Shown here: piece after piece, positions 30,008 to 39,130 of the stretch
How the letters are laid out: each line of letters starts with the position of its first letter
Position numbering within the stretch: position 1 is the first letter of the stretch
NCBI GenBank assembly: GCA_965207225.1
Contig: CBDBLV010000001.1
Location: 1-64,000, forward strand
DNA length: 64,000 nt
DNA from: Dehalococcoidia bacterium
GTDB lineage: Bacteria > Chloroflexota > Dehalococcoidia > Plut-88900
Direction of reading: 5' to 3'
The notes under the pieces: generated by a model
Told to the model about the DNA's origin: nothing
The model's input: the letters and a program-made list of their open reading frames with translations, nothing else
Databases searched by the model: none
Translations under genes and position numbers: made by a program

Positions 30008-30406
30008 ATGCCCATCGCCCGTGGCCCCATGGAGGTCAATATCGACGCCGAACCCCCCTTCCTCGAACAGGATGGCCTGAAATTGAACCGCAACACCGTG
30101 CGCAAAGAGTTCTCCGGCGACATGGTCGGCACGTCGGAGGCGCAGATGATCGCGGCCTTCACAGACACACCGGGTTCGGCCGGCTACGTGGCCATCGAGT
30201 ATTTCACGGGGTCGGTGGATGGGAAGTCGGGCTCCTTCGTGCTCCAGCACATCGGGCTGATGAACAGGGGCGACGCCCAGCTCGCGGTTACCATCGTTCC
30301 TGACTCGGGTGCCGGAGAGCTGACCGGAATCTCAGGCACGCTGGAGATCGACAACGATGATGGCCAGCACTCCTACGTCCTCAACTATGAGCAGGCTGGC
30401 AGCTGA
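30008..30406 (+). CDS. DUF3224 family protein
   Basis: SAGYVAIEYFTGSVDGKSGSFVLQH...VPDSGAGELTGISG. Confidence 0.88.
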   Translation: MPIARGPMEVNIDAEPPFLEQDGLKLNRNTVRKEFSGDMVGTSEAQMIAAFTDTPGSAGYVAIEYFTGSVDGKSGSFVLQHIGLMNRGDAQLAVTIVPDSGAGELTGISGTLEIDNDDGQHSYVLNYEQAGS

Positions 30407-30716
30407 CCCCATAAAGCGCTAAGTCCGACGCCTTCATCCCAACCGTTCCGAGGCCCGCGAAGGGTCTGCTCTGCTTGCTTACCCCTCATCCCCACCCTGA
30501 GACCGCTCTACTTCCACCCGGCCTAGGAACCGCCTCACCCCCCTCCCCCGACCGCGCCCAGCCCAGGGGCGATCACGTAATATCCGTCGGGTTTGGGTGT
30601 CTTCATAGCGCCACGAGCCGGCATCCGTCCCTCGGTGTGGGCCCGCTCATCCCGAGCTCAGTCGAAGAGCCTGCCCCGAGTCCCTCAAGGGATCGAGCGG
30701 AGGGGTGACCCCACCC

Positions 30717-32462
30717 CTACCTCGGTCCGTCCACCTGCACCGTCACAATGTCCGCCCCGTGGTACTTCTGATGATGTACCGACGACGCGTAGTGACGCAG
30801 CAGCCTGAAGGAGATCTCCCGGCTGTCCGTTATCTCGGGCTTGTTGCCCATGAACGCCAGGTGGTCCTCCAGGTTCACCTCCCCGGCCACCGACAGGAAC
30901 TCCAGCTCTGCCCCTCCCCCCGCCGACCGCGCGCTCACCACCAGCCTCCGAGGCGAGTTCTTGTCCAGTTCGTCCCCGGCCTCGCTGATCAGGCTGGTCA
31001 AGGTCTCCTCTCCCACCAGCACCAGCCGCTTCGTAGACGCATCATCCCATTTGGCATTACTTGCAAATCCTCTCAGGAAGTCCATCAGCTTGGGCAGTGT
31101 TTCCATGTCCAGCACGGCCCGCAGCCGCTTGCGTCGGGGGCCCGTAAGCTCCAGGAATGCAGTCATCCCAACGGCAACCATCGCCCCCGACGTCATACCG
31201 TTGCCCAGCAGGACGCTCAGGAAGCCGTCTCCCAGCAGGTCCGGGAATATCCACCCGTTTTGGAACCCCGTGCCCAGCCAGAACGACACCCCCGCCACCG
31301 CAGCCTTTCGGTGGTCTATCCCATCCTGGATCACTATCTTCATCCCCTGCACGAAAAGCAGGGCTATAAGAACGGTGATGTAAGCCGCGGCCACGGGCGC
31401 CGGTATGCCAACCAGTAGCGCAGTGAACTTGGGAAAGAAGGCCACAACTACGAATATCACCCCTATAATCACCCCCACCCGACGCGCCGATATACCCGTA
31501 ACCTCGGCCAGGGCGATGCTCGACGAATACGTCGTGTTAGGCAGCGTCCCCCCCAGCCCCGACAGCAGGTTCCCCATTCCATCCGCGTTCAGGGCGCCTT
31601 GCACCACCCGGAAGTCCGTCGCCCGCGGCCTGCGCTGCGATACCCGTTGGATGGCCACCCCGTCCCCTACTGTCTCGATCGCCCCGACCAGGGTCACAAC
31701 TACGAACGCCGGGAGCAGCGCCCAGAACTCGCCCCCCGGCGTAACGTCGATTCCCGGCCACGAGCCCACCGGAGCGCCGACCCACGATGCATCCAGTATC
31801 TGGCCGACATCGTAAAGCCCGTAGGGTGCTCCCACTATGGACCCCACAGCTATCCCGATGATGGGCGACCACAGCCGCCAGGCCGGAGGAGCCTTTAGCA
31901 CCATTCCCGCTACTACCAGGATGGTGACCCCAGCAGAGAGCGGAGCGGCCGCTCTGGACGTGCCCTCCGGGACCTCGTGCAGGGTGTCGAATACCACCGG
32001 CATGACCGTGGCGGCAATCAGCATGATCACCGTACCCGACACCACCGGCGTGAATATCCGCCGCAGCAGCGACAATCGGGAGGCCAGCAAAAACTGAAAC
32101 AGCGACGAGATGACGATGAGGCTCGCCATCGTAGAGGGCCCGGCCTCCGTGAGCGCCGCAACGCACACCGCTATGAACGCCCCAGACGTGCCCATTATCA
32201 GCACGTGTCCCGACCCAACCCGCCCCACCCTGACCGCCTGGAGGGTCGTGGTGATGCCGCTCACCAGCAGGGCGGCGAATACGCCCCACGTGATGTAGCT
32301 GTCGGGCTGGTCGGCGATCCGGGCCACGATGACCACCGTCAGCACCACCGGCGCCACGATGATCGCCGCCGCCTGCACCCCCGCCCCGAGGGCTACCGGA
32401 AGCGGAGGCTTCTCATCCGGTTCGTAGCGTACGTTCTCGTTTTCGCTAACTACACTAGCCAA
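30717..32462 (-). CDS. NCS2 (xanthine/uracil) permease with C-terminal soluble domain
   Basis: YEPDEKPP, SGITTTLQ, GAIETVGD, PNTTYSSS; ~140-aa extra C-terminus. Confidence 0.85.
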   Translation of the reverse strand: MASVVSENENVRYEPDEKPPLPVALGAGVQAAAIIVAPVVLTVVIVARIADQPDSYITWGVFAALLVSGITTTLQAVRVGRVGSGHVLIMGTSGAFIAVCVAALTEAGPSTMASLIVISSLFQFLLASRLSLLRRIFTPVVSGTVIMLIAATVMPVVFDTLHEVPEGTSRAAAPLSAGVTILVVAGMVLKAPPAWRLWSPIIGIAVGSIVGAPYGLYDVGQILDASWVGAPVGSWPGIDVTPGGEFWALLPAFVVVTLVGAIETVGDGVAIQRVSQRRPRATDFRVVQGALNADGMGNLLSGLGGTLPNTTYSSSIALAEVTGISARRVGVIIGVIFVVVAFFPKFTALLVGIPAPVAAAYITVLIALLFVQGMKIVIQDGIDHRKAAVAGVSFWLGTGFQNGWIFPDLLGDGFLSVLLGNGMTSGAMVAVGMTAFLELTGPRRKRLRAVLDMETLPKLMDFLRGFASNAKWDDASTKRLVLVGEETLTSLISEAGDELDKNSPRRLVVSARSAGGGAELEFLSVAGEVNLEDHLAFMGNKPEITDSREISFRLLRHYASSVHHQKYHGADIVTVQVDGPR

Positions 32463-32611
32463 AAGCTATCTGTTTTCCTATTCTTCTGGCGTCGCCATTT
32501 ATATTCCCTGTGCAGGCTATTCCGTCGTGGGCGCATCTCTCCATGTCATCCCGAGGCCCCGCGAGGGACCTAGGACTTGCCCACTCACGCACTTCCTCTC
32601 CCGACACCCTC

Positions 32612-34486
32612 CTACTGCGCGGGCTCGTACCACCCCGACCCGAATAACAGCCCATCGTGGAGCACGGCCCACGTGTGCTTCTGCTCTTCCTCCCCCGACT
32701 CCGGGTTCCGGATGACGTATTCCACCCATTTCCCGGCATCTGTAGCCGACCGTAGATCATCGCCGTAGAAATATCCCGTGGCGTCGAATCGGAGGTTTGG
32801 GTCTCGGAACCTGAGGGCCGGATTGTAGTGAGATATCGTGTAACCTTCATCGTTGATAATGAACACGTACCACTGGTCGTCTATGCTCTCCTCAGTATTG
32901 TAGTACTCGACCGTCCGCTCAAGCCCGACCGCGTTGTACAGGTTTATCGCCGACTGCACGAAGGCCTGCGTGTAGGCCGTATTGTCCGACTTCATGGGCC
33001 CGGGCTCGTACCACCCCGACCCGAATATGAGTCCATCGTGCTCTACGAGCCATGAATGCTTGGTTTCCACCACCCCGGACTCGGGATTCGCGAAAGTGTA
33101 ATCGAACCATGCGCCGGTCTCCGAGGCGGAGGCGAGGATCGAGGCCCCAACAGGGTAACCGTTGGCCCCCACCACCTCCGATTCGTGCATGCCCACCAGC
33201 CCGGGATTGGCGGCAATCGCCACTTTGTAGCCGTTCTCGTCGATAATGAACACGTACCACTGACCGTCTATGCTCTCAGGCGTGTTGTAGTACGCAACGG
33301 TGTCTTTGAAGCCGATGGCGTCGTATAGATTTATCGCCGACTGCACGAAAGCCTGCGTGTAGGCCGCATTGTCGGACTTGCTGGGCCCCGGCTCGTACCA
33401 CCCCGACCCGAAAGTAAGCCCGTCATGCCTTACCATCCACGAATGCTTTGCCTGGATACCGCCCGTGGCCGGGTTGGGGAACGTGTAGCTGAACCACTCG
33501 CCATCCTCGTGGGCCACCGCTGCTACGGCGTCTCCGGCTGGGAAGTTGTTGGGCCCGACAGCCGCGGAGACCGGCCCGCCGACCAGGCTCGGGTCTGGGG
33601 CATAGGCGATGAAGTTGTCGTCCCCGTCCAGGATGAACGTGTACCACTGCCCGTCAATGCTGTCCTGCGTGTTGTAGTAGGCGACGGTGTCTTCTAGCCC
33701 GACTGCATCGTACAGGCCGATAGCCTGCTGCACGAATGCCTGGGTATAGGCGGGCTGGTCCGACTTGCTGGGCCCGGGCTCGTACCACCCCGAGGCAAAC
33801 AGAAGTCCATCGTACTCAACGGCCCAGGTGTGTTTTCGCTCCACGGCCCCTGTGCTTGGATTTCGGAAGCCGTAGGAATACCAGGTCCCATCTTCGTCTG
33901 CTACCGCCGCCACTGCTTTGCCCGCCGGGAAATTATTGTTCGGCCCTGGTATTTCATCCACCCTCTGGCCCACTAGTGCTGGATTGGCCGCCTGCGCAAT
34001 CATCAAGCCGTCCCTGTCGGCGATGAACACATACCACTGTCCATCGACGCTCTCCGGCCTGTTGTAGTAATCAACAATCGCGTCCAGCCCCTCGGCCTTG
34101 TACATATCGATGGCCTGCTTCACGTAGTACTGGGTGTACTCCTCGACCTCGTACCTGGCGGGCGCGGGTTCCGGCGCACCGTCCCCTATGGCTGCGCCCA
34201 ACCCGGCTCCAAACAGCTCCAGGAACCCCGAGACAAGTTCCTCGTCCACCTCCGTCATTTCCCCCGACGAACCTTGTGGCCCTGCCGGCCCCTGTGGCCC
34301 TTGCTCTCCGGCTGGCCCTTGTTCTCCCTGTGGGCCTTGCGCGCCCCGGGGCCCCTGCTGACCCGCCGGGCCCCGAGCCCCGGGTGGCCCCTGCTCCCCC
34401 GCAGGCCCCGCATCCCCCGCGCAAGCCACCGCCGCCAGGACCAGCGCAATTACCAGAGTAGCTGCGATAAGAATACGCATTATCAA
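32612..34486 (-). CDS. Lipoprotein with collagen-like Gly-X-Y repeat and four single-Cache-like domains
   Basis: LAAVAC lipobox; [16 protein letters not shown]...; four repeats of YYN..ES(I/V)DGQWYVFI...KH(S/T)W...[11 protein letters not shown]. Confidence 0.85.
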   Translation of the reverse strand: MIMRILIAATLVIALVLAAVACAGDAGPAGEQGPPGARGPAGQQGPRGAQGPQGEQGPAGEQGPQGPAGPQGSSGEMTEVDEELVSGFLELFGAGLGAAIGDGAPEPAPARYEVEEYTQYYVKQAIDMYKAEGLDAIVDYYNRPESVDGQWYVFIADRDGLMIAQAANPALVGQRVDEIPGPNNNFPAGKAVAAVADEDGTWYSYGFRNPSTGAVERKHTWAVEYDGLLFASGWYEPGPSKSDQPAYTQAFVQQAIGLYDAVGLEDTVAYYNTQDSIDGQWYTFILDGDDNFIAYAPDPSLVGGPVSAAVGPNNFPAGDAVAAVAHEDGEWFSYTFPNPATGGIQAKHSWMVRHDGLTFGSGWYEPGPSKSDNAAYTQAFVQSAINLYDAIGFKDTVAYYNTPESIDGQWYVFIIDENGYKVAIAANPGLVGMHESEVVGANGYPVGASILASASETGAWFDYTFANPESGVVETKHSWLVEHDGLIFGSGWYEPGPMKSDNTAYTQAFVQSAINLYNAVGLERTVEYYNTEESIDDQWYVFIINDEGYTISHYNPALRFRDPNLRFDATGYFYGDDLRSATDAGKWVEYVIRNPESGEEEQKHTWAVLHDGLLFGSGWYEPAQ

Positions 34487-34723
34487 TTCATCCTATTCAA
34501 TGTCGTGCAAAACCTAATTTTTCGACGATATCTTGTATCGATTTGAACTCAGCCCAATAAACCACGCAGTAGACTATCACAAAACCGATTGTTGGTGATT
34601 GCCCATCCATCACCTACTTCCCCAAGGAATTCCCCCATTTGACACCCCCCTCCCCCGACTATAATGTTCCCTCTATCTCCCCTTCTGTCGGAACTCGCAC
34701 AAGCAAAGCACCAGGAGCCCCCC

Positions 34724-36520
34724 ATGCCCGACAACCAACCCCTCCCCCCGACCCCCGTATACAAGGTCGCCGCCATCCAGTACGCCCCGACCCTCTTTGA
34801 AAAAGAGAAGAACCTGCTGGACCAGCTCGAAATGGTCGAAGAGGCCGCGAAGAACGACGCCAAACTTATAGTCATGGTCGAAATGGCCACCACCGCCTAC
34901 TGCTTCTTCGATCGCGCTGAGATCGCACCCTACGTCGAACCGATCCCCGGCCCGACCACCGACAGGTTTGGCGAAATCGCCGCCCGTTACGGCTGCTACA
35001 TAGTCGTCGGGATGCCCGAGGTCGACCCCGAGACCGACATCTACTACAACTCCCTGGCCCTGGTCGGCCCCGAGGGCGTGGTCGGCAAGTACCGCAAGAC
35101 CCACTCCTTCATCTCCGAAAACACCTGGGCCAAGGACGGCGACCTCGGCCTCCCTATATTCCGTACCGAGTTGGGAAACCTTGGCGGCCTTATCTGCATG
35201 GACGCCTCCTTCCCCGAGACCGCTCGGGTCCTCGCCCTCGAAGGTGCCGACGTCATCTGCTTCCCCACCAACTGGCTTCTCGAAAAGGCCCCCGCCCCAG
35301 CCTGGATAACCCGCGCCTTCGAAAATGGCGTCTTCCTGATTGCAGCCGACCGCTGGGGCAACGAACGCACCGTCGAGTTCTCCGGCGGCAGCGCCGTAAT
35401 CGACCCCGACGGCGCCGTCCAGTCATACCTCGACACCGGCAACGGCATCGTCTACGGCACCGTAGACATCTCCAGGGCCCGGGACAAGCGCTTCACCGAA
35501 GAAGAGACCGGCGACAAGCTCCTGGAACGCCGCCCGACCCTCTACCACGACTCCCTCCTGAACAGCTACCTCTTCAACCCCGACGACTATTTCAAGCTCT
35601 ACGGCCAGGAAGGACTCCCCGAAGGCAAGGAGTCCACAGTCGCAGTGTGCCAGCTTCAGGCCCGGGCCGCGACCGGTGAAGACGCCCTCTCTTCCGTACA
35701 AAAGATGATCGAGGGCCTCGACTCCCCAGCCGACATCGTCGTCCTCCCCGAGTTGGCCCTGTCGGCCCCCGTGACCACCGATTCTGAAGCCAATTCCCAC
35801 GCGGAAGACCTCCGCGACAGCAAATCCCTCCGCCTGTTGGCCGACCTCGCGCAGAAACATAACGCCCACGTCGTCACCACCATCATCGAAAAGGACCTGG
35901 GCAGGCTCTACAACACCGCCGTCCTCGTCGGCCCCGAGGGCTTCGTCGGCGCCTACCGTAAGGTCCACCTCTCCGAGGACGACCGCCCGTGGGAAACCCC
36001 CGGAGACGGCGGCTTCCCCGTCTTCGACATCCCCGCCGGACGAGTCGGCCTCATGGTCGGCCACGACGCCATGTTCCCCGAGGCCGCACGGGCCTTCGGC
36101 GTCAAGGGCGCCGACCTCGTGTGTGTGCCCGGCGCCCTCAGGTATCCCCGCATCATGCCCCTTGGCCCGACCGCCGTCCCCTTCGAAGACCCCATCATCA
36201 AGGACGCCGACGAAGTCCACTGGCACCTCCTCCGCTCCCGCAGCGAGGAAAACCACCTCTTCCTCGCCTTCGCCAACCTCTGCGGCGACGACTACATGGG
36301 CCGCAGCGGCATCTTCGACAAGCAGGGAGACGGCTCCCTCCGCCATGAAGTCGTAGCCTCCGAAGATAAGCCAGAGGCCGTGACCCTTACCCTATCCACC
36401 CTCCAGGCCCCCGGCCTCGAAAGACCAACCACCCCCGGCAGGCTCAAAGACATGGTAAGAATGCGCCAGACCTACTGGTACGGCCCCCTCGTCCGCCCCC
36501 AACCAACCCAAACCCCTTAA
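34724..36520 (+). CDS. Two-domain carbon-nitrogen hydrolase (nitrilase superfamily)
   Basis: Domain 1 E (VEM), K (YRKTH), C (ICMD); domain 2 LPEL, YRKVH, VGHD. Confidence 0.9.
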   Translation: MPDNQPLPPTPVYKVAAIQYAPTLFEKEKNLLDQLEMVEEAAKNDAKLIVMVEMATTAYCFFDRAEIAPYVEPIPGPTTDRFGEIAARYGCYIVVGMPEVDPETDIYYNSLALVGPEGVVGKYRKTHSFISENTWAKDGDLGLPIFRTELGNLGGLICMDASFPETARVLALEGADVICFPTNWLLEKAPAPAWITRAFENGVFLIAADRWGNERTVEFSGGSAVIDPDGAVQSYLDTGNGIVYGTVDISRARDKRFTEEETGDKLLERRPTLYHDSLLNSYLFNPDDYFKLYGQEGLPEGKESTVAVCQLQARAATGEDALSSVQKMIEGLDSPADIVVLPELALSAPVTTDSEANSHAEDLRDSKSLRLLADLAQKHNAHVVTTIIEKDLGRLYNTAVLVGPEGFVGAYRKVHLSEDDRPWETPGDGGFPVFDIPAGRVGLMVGHDAMFPEAARAFGVKGADLVCVPGALRYPRIMPLGPTAVPFEDPIIKDADEVHWHLLRSRSEENHLFLAFANLCGDDYMGRSGIFDKQGDGSLRHEVVASEDKPEAVTLTLSTLQAPGLERPTTPGRLKDMVRMRQTYWYGPLVRPQPTQTP

Positions 36521-36667
36521 CCCTCCATTTCCGACTCCGATCGGGAGTCCACCCCCCGGGGCGGCGGGCCCGCTCACCCTGAGGCCACTCGAAGGGTCGA
36601 GCGGGGGGGTGGTCCACGCAGTGTTTATCCGTCACACCCTTCGACAACTGACCACACCTGCTCCACT

Positions 36668-36698
36668 GTCATTCCGACGCCCCGCGAGGAATCTGGGG
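36668..36698 (+). repeat. Palindromic repeat family B (GTCATTCCGATGCCCCGCGAGGAATCTGGGG)
   Basis: Related copies near 1281-1306 (rc), 2490-2512 (rc), 32545, 37625, 57317, 60089, 60969; mostly at gene 3' ends. Confidence 0.8.
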
Positions 36699-36872
36699 TG
36701 GGGATGTTACTGCCCCCAGTACTGAACTAGAGGCCCACGTGGGTGCCTTGCACCCACGTGGGCCTCTGTTCTTCTCTCCCCCTCTCCCTCAATGGCCCTG
36801 AGGGAGAGGGGGACCAAGGGGGAGAGGGTTCCCCTCCCGGGCAGCGGAGGGAGGCGGGGGTGCCACCCCCCA

Positions 36873-37544
36873 TCACACCGGCCACCTCTCCAGGCTGTAG
36901 CACATCTCCCAGAACAGGTACTCGTACCGGCTGCTCGTCAGGAACGCCTCCTCCATCAACCCCCTCGTCGCCGCCGATCCCTCCCTCCCCAGCCTGTCCA
37001 CCAGCTCCCGACACTTCCGCACCTCCTCCCCGTACTCAGGGTCCGTGTACTGCTTTATCCACCTCACGTACAGCTCGTCCTCGGGCATCCCCCTCTCCTC
37101 CAGCGACTTCCCCATCTCGTAGTAGCCCCAGAAGCACGGGAGAAGGGCCGCAATAATCGCCTCGAAAGGCTCCGTCGACGCAGTCCGCATCAGGAAGTCC
37201 GTGTACGCCTGGCACGTCGGCGCCTTCTTCTCCGCCACCAGCTCCTCCACCCCGATCCCGAAGTCCCGGGCATAGGACCTGTGCAGCGCCATCTCCTTGT
37301 TCAGTGTGTAGTCAGCGTGGAACGTCAACCATGCAGAAAGCTCGGGCCCCGGGGCCTTCGCCGCCGCCAGGTTGTACACCCGAGCGTAGTCGATCAGGTA
37401 CAGGTAGTCCTGCCTCACCCAGAACTTCAACCTCTCCACCTCTAAAGTCCCGTCCCCCACCCCCCTCACAAACGGATGATTGCGCTGCGCCTCCCATATC
37501 GAGTCCCCCAGCGCCCTTAAATGATCGCTGAATCTTTCCTGCAA
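36873..37544 (-). CDS. tenA: Thiaminase II / TenA family
   Basis: HPFV..GTL..FWVRQDYLYL, LLPCFWGY, YVRWIKQY, SRYEYLFWEM. Confidence 0.92.
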   Translation of the reverse strand: MQERFSDHLRALGDSIWEAQRNHPFVRGVGDGTLEVERLKFWVRQDYLYLIDYARVYNLAAAKAPGPELSAWLTFHADYTLNKEMALHRSYARDFGIGVEELVAEKKAPTCQAYTDFLMRTASTEPFEAIIAALLPCFWGYYEMGKSLEERGMPEDELYVRWIKQYTDPEYGEEVRKCRELVDRLGREGSAATRGLMEEAFLTSSRYEYLFWEMCYSLERWPV

Positions 37545-37735
37545 CTTGCTTCCTCCGGTCGAATTCTTCGTCAGTGTTCTGTTCAAGTAAATTCTAACCC
37601 GCTTTTCCCCCGCCCCGGACCCCTGTCATTCCGATGCCCCGCGATGTCGTGGATGGGCCCAGTGCGTGAATCGGGGGCTGGGCCTCCCATTCCTCACTCC
37701 TTCACTCTCTACTACAACCATGCTATTATTGCCTC

Positions 37736-38122
37736 ATGACAATCACATCAGCCGACCCCACCCCCATCTTCGCCGACGCGCTCCAAATGCAGGAAGCCGC
37801 CCTCCGGCGCATGGCTGCCGGAGACATACGTGATGCCTCCGACAAAGCCTGGTGCGCCGCCAAGCGCGCCACCGATGCCCTCATCCTAGCCCGCACTGGT
37901 CAATTACCCCCCAAGTCCCCCGACACCACCCGCTCCCTCCTCAGGCTTGCTGAGGACAATGCCGAATTACGCGGACTACTGGGAGACTACACCACAAGGC
38001 GTGACGTTCTCCACGGAGACTGCTTCTACACTGGCCTCTGTGAGCCCGCAGACGCAATTGAACGACTCATCCGGGAAACAGCGGACTTCATCCAAGACGC
38101 CCAAACCCTCGCCCACGCTTAA
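37736..38122 (+). CDS. PaREP1/HEPN-like helical protein
   Basis: GDIRDASDKAWCAA...LHGDCFY motif. Confidence 0.65.
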   Translation: MTITSADPTPIFADALQMQEAALRRMAAGDIRDASDKAWCAAKRATDALILARTGQLPPKSPDTTRSLLRLAEDNAELRGLLGDYTTRRDVLHGDCFYTGLCEPADAIERLIRETADFIQDAQTLAHA

Positions 38123-38377
38123 CCCCCAACTCGTCATTCCGGCCCCCGGGCCGGCTGAAAGTGCGCCTCTGGCGTGAATCCACCCCCTTCCCCCAGTACC
38201 GAACTAGAGGCCGACGTGGGTGTAGCGCACCCACGTCGGCCTCTGTTCTTCTCTTCCCCTCTCCCTTATAGGCCCTAAGAGCCTGCCCCGAGTCCCTCGA
38301 GGGGGAGAGGGGGATCAAGGGGGTGAGGGTTCCCCTATGGGGTCGAGGGGCATCCCCCCAAAGCCGCACATTTGCTC

Positions 38378-38406
38378 TTGACACACCTGTCCGACCGTAC
38401 TATCAT
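38378..38406 (+). promoter_or_regulatory. sigma70-type promoter for ncRNA copy 2
   Basis: TTGACA-17 nt-TATCAT. Confidence 0.75.
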
Positions 38407-38412
38407 GTTCTG

Positions 38413-38960
38413 CGTTCGGTCGAATACAAACTCACGTCATCAAAGGAGGAACCAAAAACCTAGGGAAGCCCACCCGACCCCACGGGTCCCGTGCCCCTTC
38501 CCCATCCATCCAGGCGATGGAAGGTCCATCTACTCTACGCGGTACACCCCTTTCCAGGGGCCTCTACCGAATCGGTGCTCCCTATCTTGGGACGCCTATG
38601 TCGCTGGCAATGGCTTGCCGGCGAAATTCTAACGGCCCGGCGTTACCGGGATTAGGGCCTCAGAGCCCCTACGCGGCTCCACTGCCGTCACCGTCCGCGG
38701 ACTCCGTTCCGCCCATGACGGTATCGAGCCGAATGCTGTCCCGCTCAGCGGTCGAGCGCTGATACGGAGAACAGAAGTCCCCGCGCAGAGACACCCTCGA
38801 CAACGGCAAGTCTCCCAAGGCATGCGTGAAGGGAAAGGCAGGACAACCGCCGATGCCACCAGCGTCGGCGTAGGTGCCATCGAGGTCCTGCATCCGAGTC
38901 CCGGACCTTCCATCGCCGACCCAAAACCCAACAGGCAGAACAAAATGCAAACCCAAACCC
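38413..38960 (+). ncRNA. Candidate large structured ncRNA, copy 2 (family unrecognised)
   Basis: Perfect 15-bp closing stem 38513-38527/38903-38917; many internal hairpins; homology and covariation with copy 1. Confidence 0.65.
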
Positions 38961-39130
38961 CACAACACAACATCCCCTCCCTTCCCCCCAGTACTGAACT
39001 AGAGGCAGAGGTCGGCGCTGTTCTTCTCTCCCCCTCTCCCTTCCCCCCAGTACCAAACTAGAGGCAAGCGCCTGCGCCATGGCGCAGGCGCTTGCCTCTG
39101 TTTTTTCTTCCCCCTCTCCCTCAGGGCCAT

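Noticed and set aside
37545-37735. TPP riboswitch upstream of tenA
   Set aside because: No CUGAGA/ACCUG motifs on the coding strand; the region holds a family-B repeat
38413-38960. Identification of the RNA as RNase P, tmRNA, SRP, group II intron, retron msr-msd, or SAM-I/cobalamin riboswitch
   Set aside because: No GAGGAAAGUCC, no tRNA-like ends, no SRP domain IV, no DV, no reverse transcriptase in the window; the SAM-like CAACC..GGTGCCA reads CAGCC in copy 1 and no regulated gene follows
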